DNA from: an uncultured cyanobacterium
Lineage (GTDB): Bacteria; Cyanobacteriota; Cyanobacteriia; Cyanobacteriales; Nostocaceae
Assembly (NCBI GenBank): GCA_963706595.1
Contig: OY970166.1
Location: forward strand, 4,640,001-4,704,000
Direction of reading: 5' to 3'
Length of the DNA: 64,000 nt
The translations under genes and the position numbers were made by a program. Every line of letters begins with the position of its first letter. Positions within the stretch are counted from its first letter, which is position 1. Positions 42,425 to 53,808 of the stretch are shown here, piece by piece. Below the pieces are notes generated by a model. It did not search any database. It was not told the origin of the DNA and saw only the letters and a program-made list of their open reading frames with translations.

Positions 42425-44755
42425 CTAGCCTGTGAGAAAGATGTATGTACCCCAAGCCTGTGCAGCAACGGCCACAACGGTAGACCATAAGGGATGAGGG
42501 CTATAAATGGTTTTACCACTTTGAGTTTGTACGGTGTGAATATCAATCCAAGGTGTTGCTCCCCGGCGAAACCAGCCTGTGACTATAATTTGCCGACCAA
42601 TTAAATCTTGAGGATTAACTGACTGTCCTAAAGAAATGTGGTGTAATTTCACTAGGCCTGTGCTGGATTGTAAAATTAAGTCTTGTCCCAAGCAATTACC
42701 AGCACCTCGGCGACCTAATAGCTTACCCACAAGCCGCACACTCATACTATCAATCGGAATAGCAGATGGGTGAGCTAAGAGGTTGGGCAGGCTTTGCTCA
42801 TTTTGGACACGATTCGTTTTGATATCTGGAAAAAACGCATTCATTCGGAACACCATACCGATGCTGAAGCCAATCAGTAGGCAACCTGTGACAAAAGTCC
42901 AATCTTCGTATATCCACGTTAAGTTTATCCACTTAAGAGTGAAAGCAGTTTGCCATATCAGCCAGATCAGACCCGCTAATACAAAACCAAAAAGAATGCC
43001 CAAAAAGGGAGCGATTTGTAAGAAGAAGGACTGACGCTTTACCTGAAAAGTTGGTTGGACTTCGGCTACGCTCAGTCCAGGGCTAGTGAGATGTAGTTCC
43101 GGATCTATGTGCCAATGGCGGGCAATTTGACTTAGACGTTGGATGCGATCGCCTATTAACGGATGGCTATTATTAATCGTAAACCAGCGCCGATATGGAT
43201 GAACAGTATCCCACATTAATATAGATTCAAAAGGCATTCGACCAGCAATACTACCCAAAGAAATACTCTGCTCATAACCCACTGGGAGTAAGAAATTTAA
43301 ACTTGACAAATGCCAACTGGTTTGTTCGGATTTTTGGATATCAACAGAAATGCCGATAGCAATTTTGAGTAAAGCGCGAGTCAAAGCATTGGGATTGCCA
43401 GTAATTTCCGCCGCCAGGCGATCGCTATAGTAAAGCCGCAACCGCGACAACCATAAACTCACACCAGTCAACAAACACCAAACTCCATAAATCACACCAG
43501 CCAAAATGGTTATTGGTTTATACCAAATCCCCTCTGATTTGCTGTTTCCCCAAGTTGATATTTGCTGATATAGCCGATGAATTGGTAGTGACAGCAGCAA
43601 CACCAAAGACATCACCACAAAATCCCAGTGGGCAATATGTCCTAACTGTGTTGCATAGATAGTCGCAATTTCATCATCTGCCAATTGCTCTAATAGTCCC
43701 TGACTGACCACAATCCTGGCGTTGCGGGACAGATTCCCATAAGTCAGCGCCATTGGTGCAGCTATGGGCAGAATTCGCAGTTTAGGTGATTGCCAGCGAC
43801 GCTGTTGGCAGTAACGTTGTAGTACTCTTACTGTTTCGCGACTACGGCTATGTAAGACATCTTTGGACAATTCTCGCTGTCCATAAAAGTCTGCTAATAG
43901 CCAATCTAGCAACCAGGGTGATAGTCCAATGAGGATGAATAAAGCTATCAATAAAAATGAGGTGGGATTGCGGTAGAGGAACTGTAATGGCTCCAAATAT
44001 GGTAGTTTGACTAAAGCAAAGTTAATCAACCCCGTTAGTAAATTGACTATTTCTCGCAGTAAGTAAAACAAAGCCACAAATGTACCAACTGCTAGAAATC
44101 GCAAGGGAATTAACTTCGGCTTACGCAGTGGTTGCCATACCTTGGCACGTTTTCCTTGTCGCCAATAAATACTGGATGGTGGCGTTTGTGTATAGCTGGT
44201 AGAACCGAAAAAAATGTTTGTGTTGCTAGCAGGTGCTTCGGCAATGGTTGTGTTTTGGTACTCAACTGATGGTATAGCCGTATTCCGCAAGCTACCTGAT
44301 TTGACGGCAGATGAATTGCGATCGCTTGTATTTTCTGCTACTGTATCTTTTGGTTTGCGTTTTGACGCAGCAGAGTTTTGAGCATTTTCCAAAAGTCCCA
44401 ATCCAGTCGCCGAATTCGTGGAAACTTTGCTACTTTTTTTGCGTTTTGTCAAGTGTGTGAGCGCCAGTTCAGCCCATTCTTTCACTTGTGTATTTTGGCT
44501 TTCAGTGAGAGTATGACACAGGGCTGTGGCCTTGCTGATTTGCCCAATCCGGGCGTAAGCCATCACTAAACCAACCCGTGCCTGTAAGTTAGCCGTAGCA
44601 TCTTCTTGAATACTAGCAACAGGTGTCAGTTTAGCGATCGCAACTTGGTAATTTTCTTGTTTGAGGGCGACTAAACCGGCCTCCAAAGACAGTTCGGCAT
44701 CTGAATGCATAGAAATTTTGGCACTCCAATGTCTACTTGATCCACGGTGGTACAC
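42425..44755 (-). CDS. M48/HtpX-like membrane peptidase with N-terminal TPR-like region
   Basis: Degenerate zinc motif TQLGH, SDRLAAEITGNP and SHP motifs; start may be 44710. Confidence 0.75.
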   Translation of the reverse strand: MYHRGSSRHWSAKISMHSDAELSLEAGLVALKQENYQVAIAKLTPVASIQEDATANLQARVGLVMAYARIGQISKATALCHTLTESQNTQVKEWAELALTHLTKRKKSSKVSTNSATGLGLLENAQNSAASKRKPKDTVAENTSDRNSSAVKSGSLRNTAIPSVEYQNTTIAEAPASNTNIFFGSTSYTQTPPSSIYWRQGKRAKVWQPLRKPKLIPLRFLAVGTFVALFYLLREIVNLLTGLINFALVKLPYLEPLQFLYRNPTSFLLIALFILIGLSPWLLDWLLADFYGQRELSKDVLHSRSRETVRVLQRYCQQRRWQSPKLRILPIAAPMALTYGNLSRNARIVVSQGLLEQLADDEIATIYATQLGHIAHWDFVVMSLVLLLSLPIHRLYQQISTWGNSKSEGIWYKPITILAGVIYGVWCLLTGVSLWLSRLRLYYSDRLAAEITGNPNALTRALLKIAIGISVDIQKSEQTSWHLSSLNFLLPVGYEQSISLGSIAGRMPFESILMWDTVHPYRRWFTINNSHPLIGDRIQRLSQIARHWHIDPELHLTSPGLSVAEVQPTFQVKRQSFFLQIAPFLGILFGFVLAGLIWLIWQTAFTLKWINLTWIYEDWTFVTGCLLIGFSIGMVFRMNAFFPDIKTNRVQNEQSLPNLLAHPSAIPIDSMSVRLVGKLLGRRGAGNCLGQDLILQSSTGLVKLHHISLGQSVNPQDLIGRQIIVTGWFRRGATPWIDIHTVQTQSGKTIYSPHPLWSTVVAVAAQAWGTYIFLTG

Positions 44756-44814
44756 AAGCGCGAATCTTGAATGCCGTGGACATTAATTGCACCCGGTTAG
44801 TCCCATCAAGTGAA

Positions 44815-46443
44815 TTATTCTTCCACTGATTGTTGACCAGAATACACCGGGGCGATCGCGCTTAACTTCAACTCTGGATGATCTCCCTGTAACTGTTGGC
44901 AATTCCATTCATTGCGGAACAGCAAAACTGGCCGTCCCAAATTATCTTTGACAGTAGTGGTGTTGAAAATCCGTCCCACTTTATTCAAAGCTTCCCATCC
45001 ACCTTCCACCCAACGGGCGACGCTGTAAGGAAGTAACTCTAAAATGGTTTCTACACCATACTCGTTCTGCAAACGAAACTGCACCACTTCAAATTGCAGC
45101 TGACCCACCGCGGCCATAATCGGGTCACGTTTGGCTTCATCCGATGAATACATAATTTGCACTGCACCCTCTTCGCGCAATTCCGAAATACCTTTTTGAA
45201 ATTGCTTAAACTTTGAGGGGTTGGGATTTCTCAGAGATGCAAACAGTTCTGGCGAAAAATAGGGGATTCCTTCATATTCGAGCTTTTGACCTGTATAAAT
45301 AGTGTCACCAATTGCAAAAACACCCGGATTGTTTAAACCAATGACATCGCCAGGATAAGCTGTATCAATCGATTCCCTCTCCTGGGCAAAAAGTTTTTGC
45401 GGGCGAGACAGGCGAACGAGTTTGCCTGTGCGCGCATGATTCACTGTCATATCTTTTTCAAACTTTCCTGTACAAACCCGGATAAATGCCACGCGATCGC
45501 GGTGCTTAGGGTCCATATTTGCTTGCAGCTTGAAGACAAACCCAGTAAAGTCGGGATAAGTGGGGGGAATTTCGCCCACGCTGCTGTTATGCGCGCCTGG
45601 TTTGAGGGCATACTTGAGAAAGTACTTAAGGAATAACTCTACCCCAAAGTTCGTCATTGCGCTACCAAAAAAGACTGGAGTCATTTTCCCTTGATGTACT
45701 AAGTCCAAATCCAGTTCTGGGCCGACTCCTTCTAAAAGTTCTAAGTCATCTTTAAGTTGCTGATAAAGCTCATCTTCTAGCAGTTCCGCAATTTTGGCAT
45801 CACCTAAATCTACGGTCGTCTCGCGGGCTTCCCGGCTACCGTGGGCGCTGCGTTCAAATAAATGAATTTTTTGCTCGTGGCGGTCAAATACACCTTTAAA
45901 GCGATCGCCCATCCCAATCGGCCAGTTGACTGCATAGGTTTGTAAACCTAATTCCTGCTCAATTTCATCCAGCAGTTCCAGGGCTTCCCTTCCTGGACGG
46001 TCGAGTTTATTTACAAATGTAAAGATGGGTAAACCTTTTAACTTACAGACTTCAAATAACTTCCGCGTTTGAGGTTCCAAACCTTTAGCCACGTCAATCA
46101 GCATCACCGCATTATCTGCGGCTGCTAGAGTGCGATAAGTATCTTCACTAAAATCTTGGTGTCCGGGTGTATCAAGTAAATTGATTTGACAATTTTGGTA
46201 GGCAAACTGTAACACAGTCGAGGTAATGGAAATTCCCCGTTGTTGTTCCATTGCCATCCAGTCTGAGGTAGCCTTACGCTGCGCCCTCCGGGCTTTAACA
46301 GCACCAGCTTCGTGAATAGCACCCCCGTATAACAGGAGTTTTTCTGTGAGGGTAGTTTTACCTGCGTCGGGGTGAGAAATAATCGCAAAATTGCGCCGCA
46401 GTTCCACTGCTTTATCTAGTTCCGTCTGAATTTCAGTTGACAT
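44815..46443 (-). CDS. prfC: Peptide chain release factor 3
   Basis: [20 protein letters not shown] and NKLD motifs. Confidence 0.98.
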   Translation of the reverse strand: MSTEIQTELDKAVELRRNFAIISHPDAGKTTLTEKLLLYGGAIHEAGAVKARRAQRKATSDWMAMEQQRGISITSTVLQFAYQNCQINLLDTPGHQDFSEDTYRTLAAADNAVMLIDVAKGLEPQTRKLFEVCKLKGLPIFTFVNKLDRPGREALELLDEIEQELGLQTYAVNWPIGMGDRFKGVFDRHEQKIHLFERSAHGSREARETTVDLGDAKIAELLEDELYQQLKDDLELLEGVGPELDLDLVHQGKMTPVFFGSAMTNFGVELFLKYFLKYALKPGAHNSSVGEIPPTYPDFTGFVFKLQANMDPKHRDRVAFIRVCTGKFEKDMTVNHARTGKLVRLSRPQKLFAQERESIDTAYPGDVIGLNNPGVFAIGDTIYTGQKLEYEGIPYFSPELFASLRNPNPSKFKQFQKGISELREEGAVQIMYSSDEAKRDPIMAAVGQLQFEVVQFRLQNEYGVETILELLPYSVARWVEGGWEALNKVGRIFNTTTVKDNLGRPVLLFRNEWNCQQLQGDHPELKLSAIAPVYSGQQSVEE

Positions 46444-46817
46444 AAACTGTATTTTTTTCCTTGTTGCTTAATTTATTTTAATTTTTTATCTTGAAAAAGA
46501 ATGGGCGATGCCTACGGCTGCAAGCTACGCACTACCAAGATTAGTTAGAAAAGCCACCACCGGGTGAAACAGTGCTGAAAAGAACCTCACCCCCAGCCCC
46601 TCTCCTTGGTAAGGAGAGGGGAGAGTTTGATACCTGACTTTTCACGGGATCTGGAAAACCTCTCTCCAAACCTCTCCCCTACAAGGGCAGAGGCTTTGAA
46701 TTTTCCCCCTTCCCTGCCTTCGGCACGCTGCGCGAACGTAGGGAAGGGGGCTAGGGGGTTAGGTTTCGCTTTGGTTTTTCCACATAAGGTGAAGAGTGAG
46801 AGTTTGATACAGGTTAT

Positions 46818-47741
46818 TTAATTGACATTTGTTACTGGTGTAACTCCCGCCAAATCTAAGATTGGTGCAATTAAATCTTCCCGTTTTACAGCCATGATAT
46901 GGACACCCTGGCATAATTGGCGGGCAGTTTGCACTTGTTCGGCGGCAATTTTCATTCCTTCTTCCAGGGGATCTTTTGCTTTGGCTAATCGCTCAATAAT
47001 ATGCGGGGGAATATTTACACCTGGAACACACCGATTAATAAACTGGGCATTTTTTGCCGATTTCAACAAAAATATTCCTGCCAAAATTGGTTTCTCATAA
47101 TTAACGGCTACGGTGTCCATAAACTTTTCTAGCCGTTCAAAATCTGTAATCATCTGGCTTTGGAAAAATTGCGCTCCGGCTTCAATTTTGCGTTCAAATC
47201 GCTTTTGTAAACCTGACCAACTGGGAGACTGGGGATCTACAGCCGCACCAGCAAATAACTCAGTCGCCCCATCGGTCAGAGGCTTTTCATTGTCATCAAC
47301 GCCCTGATTTAGCTTCCGAATTAGTTGCAGCAGGCGCACAGATTCTAAATCAAACACGGCTTTAGCATGGGGATGATCGCCAACTTTCACCGGATCACCA
47401 GTTAAAGCTAAAATGTTGCGGATACCCAACGCATGAGCGCCCATTAAATCAGCTTGTAAACCAATTCTATTGCGATCGCGGCAAGCCATCTGACAAATCG
47501 GCTCAATGCCATTCTGTAACAAAATCACTGAGGCTACTAAAGAAGACATCCGCAATACGGCGCGGCTACCATCGGTAATATTGACAGCATGAACCCTTCC
47601 CTTAAGGGTCGCCGCCATTGAAATCATGAGTGTGACATCTACCCCTTTTGGGGGTGCTACCTCGGCGGTCACTAAAAATTCGCCTGCTTGCGCGGCGCGA
47701 CGAAAGGAATTTAAAACTGTGGGATTTTGGGTATCCTGCAT
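46818..47741 (-). CDS. metF: 5,10-methylenetetrahydrofolate reductase
   Basis: TAEVAPP, ACRDRN, LTGDP and FFQSQ motifs. Confidence 0.92.
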   Translation of the reverse strand: MQDTQNPTVLNSFRRAAQAGEFLVTAEVAPPKGVDVTLMISMAATLKGRVHAVNITDGSRAVLRMSSLVASVILLQNGIEPICQMACRDRNRIGLQADLMGAHALGIRNILALTGDPVKVGDHPHAKAVFDLESVRLLQLIRKLNQGVDDNEKPLTDGATELFAGAAVDPQSPSWSGLQKRFERKIEAGAQFFQSQMITDFERLEKFMDTVAVNYEKPILAGIFLLKSAKNAQFINRCVPGVNIPPHIIERLAKAKDPLEEGMKIAAEQVQTARQLCQGVHIMAVKREDLIAPILDLAGVTPVTNVN

Positions 47742-47800
47742 AACATTAATTTTTCTGTTTCCTTAAAGGCTATAACGAATTATGCCTAAAAGCGAAACCC

Positions 47801-48820
47801 TTAAAGAGGTAGAGTATAGCCCAAAGCAGTTTTTACCTGTGTGAGAGTTTGATTAGCGATCGCCTCAGCTTTTTGCCGTCCTTCCCGCAAAACCGAGTCT
47901 AGATAAGCTTTATCTGCCATCACCGCCTGATATTTTTCCTGTATAGGCGTTAAAGCATTAATTGTTGTTTCTGTCAACAAAGGTTTAAATTGTCCCCAAC
48001 CCATATCTTGACATTCTGCGGCGACCTCTTCCTTCTTCTTTCCAGACAGCAGCATATACAGACTTAACAAGTTGTTACACTCTGGACGCTCTGGATCATC
48101 GAAAGTCAAACCCCGAACCTGATCAGTTTTACAACGCTTAATCTTATATTGAATCTGCTCTGGTGGGTCTAGTAAATTAATCCGGCTTAAATCCGAAGGA
48201 TCAGACTTTGACATTTTGCGCGTACCATCAGCCAAACTCATCACCCTAGCCCCTTCCTTGCGAATTAAAGGCTCTGGTAACTTAATCACAGGCTGGTCAG
48301 GTTTACCAAATTGGTGATTAAATCTGTTAACAATATCTCTTGTCAATTCCAAATGTTGTTTTTGGTCTTCACCTACTGGCACTTTATCAGCTTGATACAG
48401 CAAAATATCAGCAGCCATCAGCACAGGATAGTCCAACAAGCCGACATTGACATTTTCACCCTGTTTAATCGCCTTTTCCTTAAACTGAATCATGTCTTGC
48501 AACCAGTTTAAAGGTGTAATGCAATTAAACAACCAAGTCAGTTCGCTGTGGGCAGAGACGTGAGATTGCACAAAAATAGTGGAATGACTTAAATCCAGAC
48601 CACAAGCCAGATAAAGCGCCACCAGGGTATAGGTATCAGACGCTAACAGTTTGGGGTCGTGTGGCACTGTAATGGCGTGCAAATCAGCCACGAACAGGTA
48701 ATTATCGTATTCGCTCTGACCTTCTACCCAGTTGCGAATGGCTCCCAAGTAGTTACCCAGATGGTAATTACCCGTTGGTTGAACTCCAGAAAGAATACGC
48801 TGCTTGCCCATAAATTTCAA
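47801..48820 (-). CDS. trpS: Tryptophanyl-tRNA synthetase
   Basis: HLGN, VPVGEDQ and KMSKS motifs. Confidence 0.98.
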   Translation of the reverse strand: MKFMGKQRILSGVQPTGNYHLGNYLGAIRNWVEGQSEYDNYLFVADLHAITVPHDPKLLASDTYTLVALYLACGLDLSHSTIFVQSHVSAHSELTWLFNCITPLNWLQDMIQFKEKAIKQGENVNVGLLDYPVLMAADILLYQADKVPVGEDQKQHLELTRDIVNRFNHQFGKPDQPVIKLPEPLIRKEGARVMSLADGTRKMSKSDPSDLSRINLLDPPEQIQYKIKRCKTDQVRGLTFDDPERPECNNLLSLYMLLSGKKKEEVAAECQDMGWGQFKPLLTETTINALTPIQEKYQAVMADKAYLDSVLREGRQKAEAIANQTLTQVKTALGYTLPL

Positions 48821-48985
48821 CTTAATTTATCTCAAATCCGCTCTCTGTCAAGTGGCGGTTACAAAACTCATTCAATTTTGACACTTTCCTGAATAAATTT
48901 ATAAATATAACAAAAAATGTAGGGACAATTCATGAATTATTCCTACAAATGTTCTGAAAGACGCATATTTAAATTCAGCCGATGT

Positions 48986-49261
48986 CTATTGAGGTCGAAT
49001 CAGGCTAACGCTTTTGGTTGCACTATCCCAGACTATCCAGGCACAAGAATTATCTACATCTTCTGCATGATTGGTAACTTTAAAATACACCTTATCCTGT
49101 CCTTTGGGTTCAACAGCAAAGTCGGCATTTTGGGCATAAACCACTTTAAAACCTTTGTCTCGCAAGCAATACATCGCCCAAGCTTTCAATGATTGCTTGT
49201 ATGGTTCATGGGGAATTGGTGGTTTAGTGATGGTGTCTTCTATGACTTGAAATATTTCCAT
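48986..49261 (-). CDS. Small conserved hypothetical protein
   Basis: 91-aa ORF; ADF..E..K pattern faintly nuclease-fold-like. Confidence 0.6.
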   Translation of the reverse strand: MEIFQVIEDTITKPPIPHEPYKQSLKAWAMYCLRDKGFKVVYAQNADFAVEPKGQDKVYFKVTNHAEDVDNSCAWIVWDSATKSVSLIRPQ

Positions 49262-49486
49262 TGGTTTTGAGTTTGTAGATATATATATATGTATTTTGTT
49301 GTATCACGCTCCAGAGTCAGAAAAGCAAACAGCGAATCATGAAGCTAAATAACTTCTGGAGACAATAACAAGCGAAACACGGCAGAGAACGTGTTAAATT
49401 TAATTTGCCCATTCAGTTGGAATCACTTAGATTATAAAAATCTAGATTATCTGTTGGGAATATTAGCCTAATTCACTGTTAAGGTA

Positions 49487-51406
49487 ATGAACTCTATACA
49501 AAAACCTTGCTTAACTATTCCTGATTTCCTTGAACATTGGCAAAAAACACAACCAGATGCGATCGCAATTATCGCCCCCCAACGTCAACCCCTAACTTAC
49601 CAGCAACTTCACGCCCAAACCCTGATAGTTGCCCAAGCTTTAGCACAACTCAATATTCATCCTAACGAACCGGTAGCCGTTGCCCTTCCCAACAGTCCAG
49701 AAATGGCTGTGATGTTCCTCTCCGTTGCTTCCTATGCCACCTGCGCCCCCCTCAACCCCAACTATCGAGAAACAGAGTATGAATTTTATCTGAGTGACCT
49801 GCAACCAAAAGCGCTGATTATGCAATCTGGGGTAGCTGACGCAGCCCGCAAAGTCGCGGAAATGCAAAAAATACCAATTATTGAGTTATCACCTAATTTA
49901 GAGGCATCAGCAGGTATCTTTTCCCTGAACTTTACCCCTGCATCTACCGCCCAAATTGACCCCGCCACCCCCGATAATATCGCCCTGATTTTGCATACTT
50001 CCGGCACTACCTCCCGCCCAAAAATCGTTCCTCTCAGCCATCACAATCTTTGTACTTCTGCCAGCAACATTAGCCAAACACTACAATTAACAGCCCATGA
50101 CTGCTGTCTCAACGTCATGCCTTTATTTCATATTCATGGGTTGATAGGCTGTTTGCTCTCCACCATCAGCACCGGGGCAAGTATAATTTGTACTCCGGGG
50201 TTTCAATCACCCAACTTTCTCGACTGGTTACAACAACTGCAACCAACTTGGTATTCTGCTGTACCGACAATGCAGCAGCTAATTTTGGAAAGAGCAAAAT
50301 CTACTTCTGACCTCTCCCACAACTTAAGGCTAATTCGTTCCTCCTCCGCTTCCCTTCCCCCACAAGTAATTCAAGAATTGGAAGCCACCTTCAAAGTGCC
50401 TGTGATTGAGGCTTATGGCATGACAGAAGCCTCCCATCAAATGACCAGTAACCCCCTACCGCCTTTAGTGCGTAAACCCGGTTCAGTTGGTTTACCAGCA
50501 GGGCCTGAAGTTGCCATCATGGATGAAGCTGGTAATTTTCTTGCCGTTGGAGAGGTTGGAGAAATAGTCATTCGTGGTGCAAATGTGACACAAGGATATG
50601 GGAATAATCCTGAAGCTAACACCAAAGCATTTACACAGGGGTGGTTTCGCACAGGAGACCAGGGGATGTTTGATGAGGATGGCTATCTGACGATTAAAGG
50701 ACGAATCAAAGAATTAATCAATCGTGGTGGAGAAAAAATAGCCCCTCGTGAAATTGATGAAGTGTTACTGGAACATCCAAACATTGCCCAAGCTGTAGCT
50801 TTTGCTGTTCCTCATTCTCTGTTAGGAGAAGAAGTTGGAGTAGCCGTAGTTCTCAAACAGGGCAAAACTGTTACCGAGGAAGAAGTACAAACATTTATTG
50901 CCAAGTCTCTAGCAGATTTTAAAGTTCCCCGTCGGGTTGTTTTTTTAGATGCAATTCCCAAAGGTGCTACTGGCAAGTTACAACGGATTGGATTAGCTGA
51001 AAAATTAGGGATCACCTTTGCCGAACCAGCAACAGAACTTTTAAGTTTTATCCCTCCTAGAACATCTTTAGAAATAGTCATCGCCAACATTTGGGCAACG
51101 TTTCTCAAACGGGAGAAAATCGGGATAGAAGATAATTTCTATGCCTTGGGAGGACAATCTTTAGAAGCGGTGGAAATTACAGGTGAAATAGAAGAACTTT
51201 TTGCTATTAAACTACCCTTATTAGCAATCTCTAAAGCTCCTACGGTTGCTAAACTGGCAGAATTAATAATACAAAAATCCTCACAGGCAAAACTCCTAGA
51301 AATAATGGCTCAACAAATTCTCGATGTGGCGGATATGCAAGAAGAAGAAATTGAACAAATGTTAGCTGAACACAACGCTTGTGCTGGGGTAGAAGGAGAA
51401 TCATGA
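49487..51406 (+). CDS. NRPS loading protein: oxalate-CoA-ligase-like adenylation domain plus carrier (T) domain
   Basis: HTSGTTSRPK, PLFHIHG, PTWYSAVPT, RSSSASL, EAYGMTEASHQM, GKLQR; C-terminal DNFYALGGQSL. Confidence 0.85.
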   Translation: MNSIQKPCLTIPDFLEHWQKTQPDAIAIIAPQRQPLTYQQLHAQTLIVAQALAQLNIHPNEPVAVALPNSPEMAVMFLSVASYATCAPLNPNYRETEYEFYLSDLQPKALIMQSGVADAARKVAEMQKIPIIELSPNLEASAGIFSLNFTPASTAQIDPATPDNIALILHTSGTTSRPKIVPLSHHNLCTSASNISQTLQLTAHDCCLNVMPLFHIHGLIGCLLSTISTGASIICTPGFQSPNFLDWLQQLQPTWYSAVPTMQQLILERAKSTSDLSHNLRLIRSSSASLPPQVIQELEATFKVPVIEAYGMTEASHQMTSNPLPPLVRKPGSVGLPAGPEVAIMDEAGNFLAVGEVGEIVIRGANVTQGYGNNPEANTKAFTQGWFRTGDQGMFDEDGYLTIKGRIKELINRGGEKIAPREIDEVLLEHPNIAQAVAFAVPHSLLGEEVGVAVVLKQGKTVTEEEVQTFIAKSLADFKVPRRVVFLDAIPKGATGKLQRIGLAEKLGITFAEPATELLSFIPPRTSLEIVIANIWATFLKREKIGIEDNFYALGGQSLEAVEITGEIEELFAIKLPLLAISKAPTVAKLAELIIQKSSQAKLLEIMAQQILDVADMQEEEIEQMLAEHNACAGVEGES

Positions 51407-53808
51407 GTCAATTTGAACAGCAACCATTAAATTTATCAAGTCACAAGCGGGCTTTATTAAAAAAGCTACAACAGCAGCAAGGAATAAAGGGAGTATCAAC
51501 ACAGAAAATTCCCCAAAGGACGACAGAGGGAGAACTTCCACTTTCTTATTCTCAAGAGTGGATGTGGTTACTGGAACAACTGACTCCTACTGTTTACAAC
51601 AATCCCCTGACTCTGAAATTAACTGGTCAACTCAATTACAAAAGCTTAGAAAGAGCCTTGAATGAAATTGTAGTTCGCCATGAAGCGCTGAGAACAAAAT
51701 CTTATTTATCAGCAGGAATAACAAAACAATTTATTGCGCCTCCCTCAGATTATATTCTCTCAATTGTTGATGTATCGTCAGCATCAGAAGCTAGAGAACA
51801 GCTAATAGCAGAAACTAAACGCCCTTTTCAATTGGAAAAAGACTTGCCTTGGCGTGCAGTTTTATTCCGCATCAGCGAAATTGAACATTGGTTTCATCTC
51901 ACCTTACATCACATCGTTGATGACGATCAATCTGATGTACTTTGGGTTAAGGAACTGACTGTTTTATATGAAGCATTTTCAGAAAATCGTCCATCACCTC
52001 TATCTGAATTACCCATTCAATACGCAGATTTTGCGCTTTGGCAGCGAGAGCAATTACAAGGAGAAAATTACCAAAAACTTCTAAATTACTGGCAAAATCA
52101 ACTAGGAGATTTACCCCCTGCTCTCAATTTACCATTTAAGCAACAACCAGACTTAAAAACATTAGCAGGTGATCAAGAACAGATCAGACTTTCCCCAGAA
52201 TTAACCAGTTCCTTAAAATACCTGAGTCAGCAAGCACAGGTGACTTTTTTCACGCTACTTTTGACTACTTTAAAAATCTTGCTTTATCGCTATACAGGGC
52301 AAAGTGATTTAATAGTTGGTACTCCTACTTCTTGGCGACAAAAACCGGAAACTCAGAGTTTAATCGGGGTTTTCATGAATAACTTAGTATTACGCAGTAA
52401 GCTATCAGGAGATATTAGTTTTCTGACATTCTTAAGACAAGTACAAGATACGGTTTTAGAAGCCCAAGAGCATAGTAACTTCCCCTATCTAGAACTGGTT
52501 ACTCAGTTGGAGAATGGTGGCGTTGATAAAGGAAACTCTCTATTTGAGGTAATGCTGGATTTTCAAGGTCAGTCATTACCAGTAAGGGAGGTTTCTGGTT
52601 TAACTTGGGAATCCCTGGAAATTAATCCTAAAACTGCAAAAGTTCCTCTTGCTTTACACCTGGAAGAAGACAATGGAGAATTGAAAGGCTTTTTTGGATA
52701 TAGCACTGGTTTATTTGATTGAGATACTATTATTCGTGCTGTTGGACATTTTGAAACCTTATTAGAAGGGATTGTTGCTAATCCTGATCAACTTATTTCT
52801 AAGTTACCTTTGTTAACAACTTCTGAGCAACAACAAATTTTAGTTGAGTGGAATCAGACTGAGACAGAATACCCACAAGATAAGTGTATTCATCAATTAT
52901 TTGAGGAACAGGTTGAGAAAATGCCAGATGCGATTGCAGTTGTGTTTGAAGATCAACAACTAACTTATCAACAGTTGAATGAAAAAGCTAATCAACTAGC
53001 ACATTACTTACAAGAAATTGGAGTCAAACCAGAGGTTTTAGTAGGGATTTGTATAGAACGTTCTCTGGAGATGATAGTAGGATTATTAGGGATTCTCAAA
53101 GCGGGAGGAGCTTATGTTCCTCTTGATCCTAATTCTCCCCATGAGCGAATGGAGTATCTATTTGCCGATGCTCAATTTAGTTTATTGATCACAAAAAAAA
53201 GAGCATCATTAAATTTCCCAAAATCCTATCCTTTGATAATTGATATAGATGAGTGTTCAGACGTATTACAACATCAGAGTAAATCTAATTGTCAAAGTGG
53301 TGTAACAGCTAGAAATTTAGGATATGTCATTTATACATCTGGTTCAACTGGACAGCCAAAAGGTGTATTAGTTGAACATAGAAGTGTAGCCAACTTTTTG
53401 TATTTTCGTAACAACGAAATTTTTAAACCAGATGAGTTAAAAGCAGGAACAGTCACAGCTTCTATTTACTTTGATGCTAGTGTTGCTCAAATTTTCTCTC
53501 CCCTAATCATAGGTGGTAAAATCGTTATCATTCCCGAAATAGGCCAATTATTTAAATGGATAGAGCAGGAAAGAATTACTTGTTTAACCATAGTCCCTTC
53601 ATTATTAGAGCAATTACTCCAAAGCTCTTCCCTACCTGATTCTATTCAGGTTATTGGATTAGGTGGAGAAGCAGTAACTGAAACTTTGCTAAAAGAATTA
53701 GTCCAGCATCCCAACGTTAAAAAAATTATTAATTTATATGGTCCAACAGAAGCCACAATTGGTAGCTGTAGTAGTATCATATATGAGCAAATAAATCATT
53801 CAGTGTGA
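51403..53808 (+). pseudogene. NRPS C domain plus N-terminal half of an A domain (a1-a5), interrupted by an in-frame TGA at 52720-52722
   Basis: ORFs 51403-52722 and 52810-53808 share one frame; the paralogous linker at ~58985 has CGA at the TGA position; C motif HHIVDDD; A motifs YTSGSTGQPKG, FDAS, NLYGPTE. Confidence 0.8.

Noticed and set aside
52720..52722. Selenocysteine codon
   Set aside because: The position corresponds to Arg (CGA) in the paralog, not Cys, and no obvious SECIS hairpin follows.
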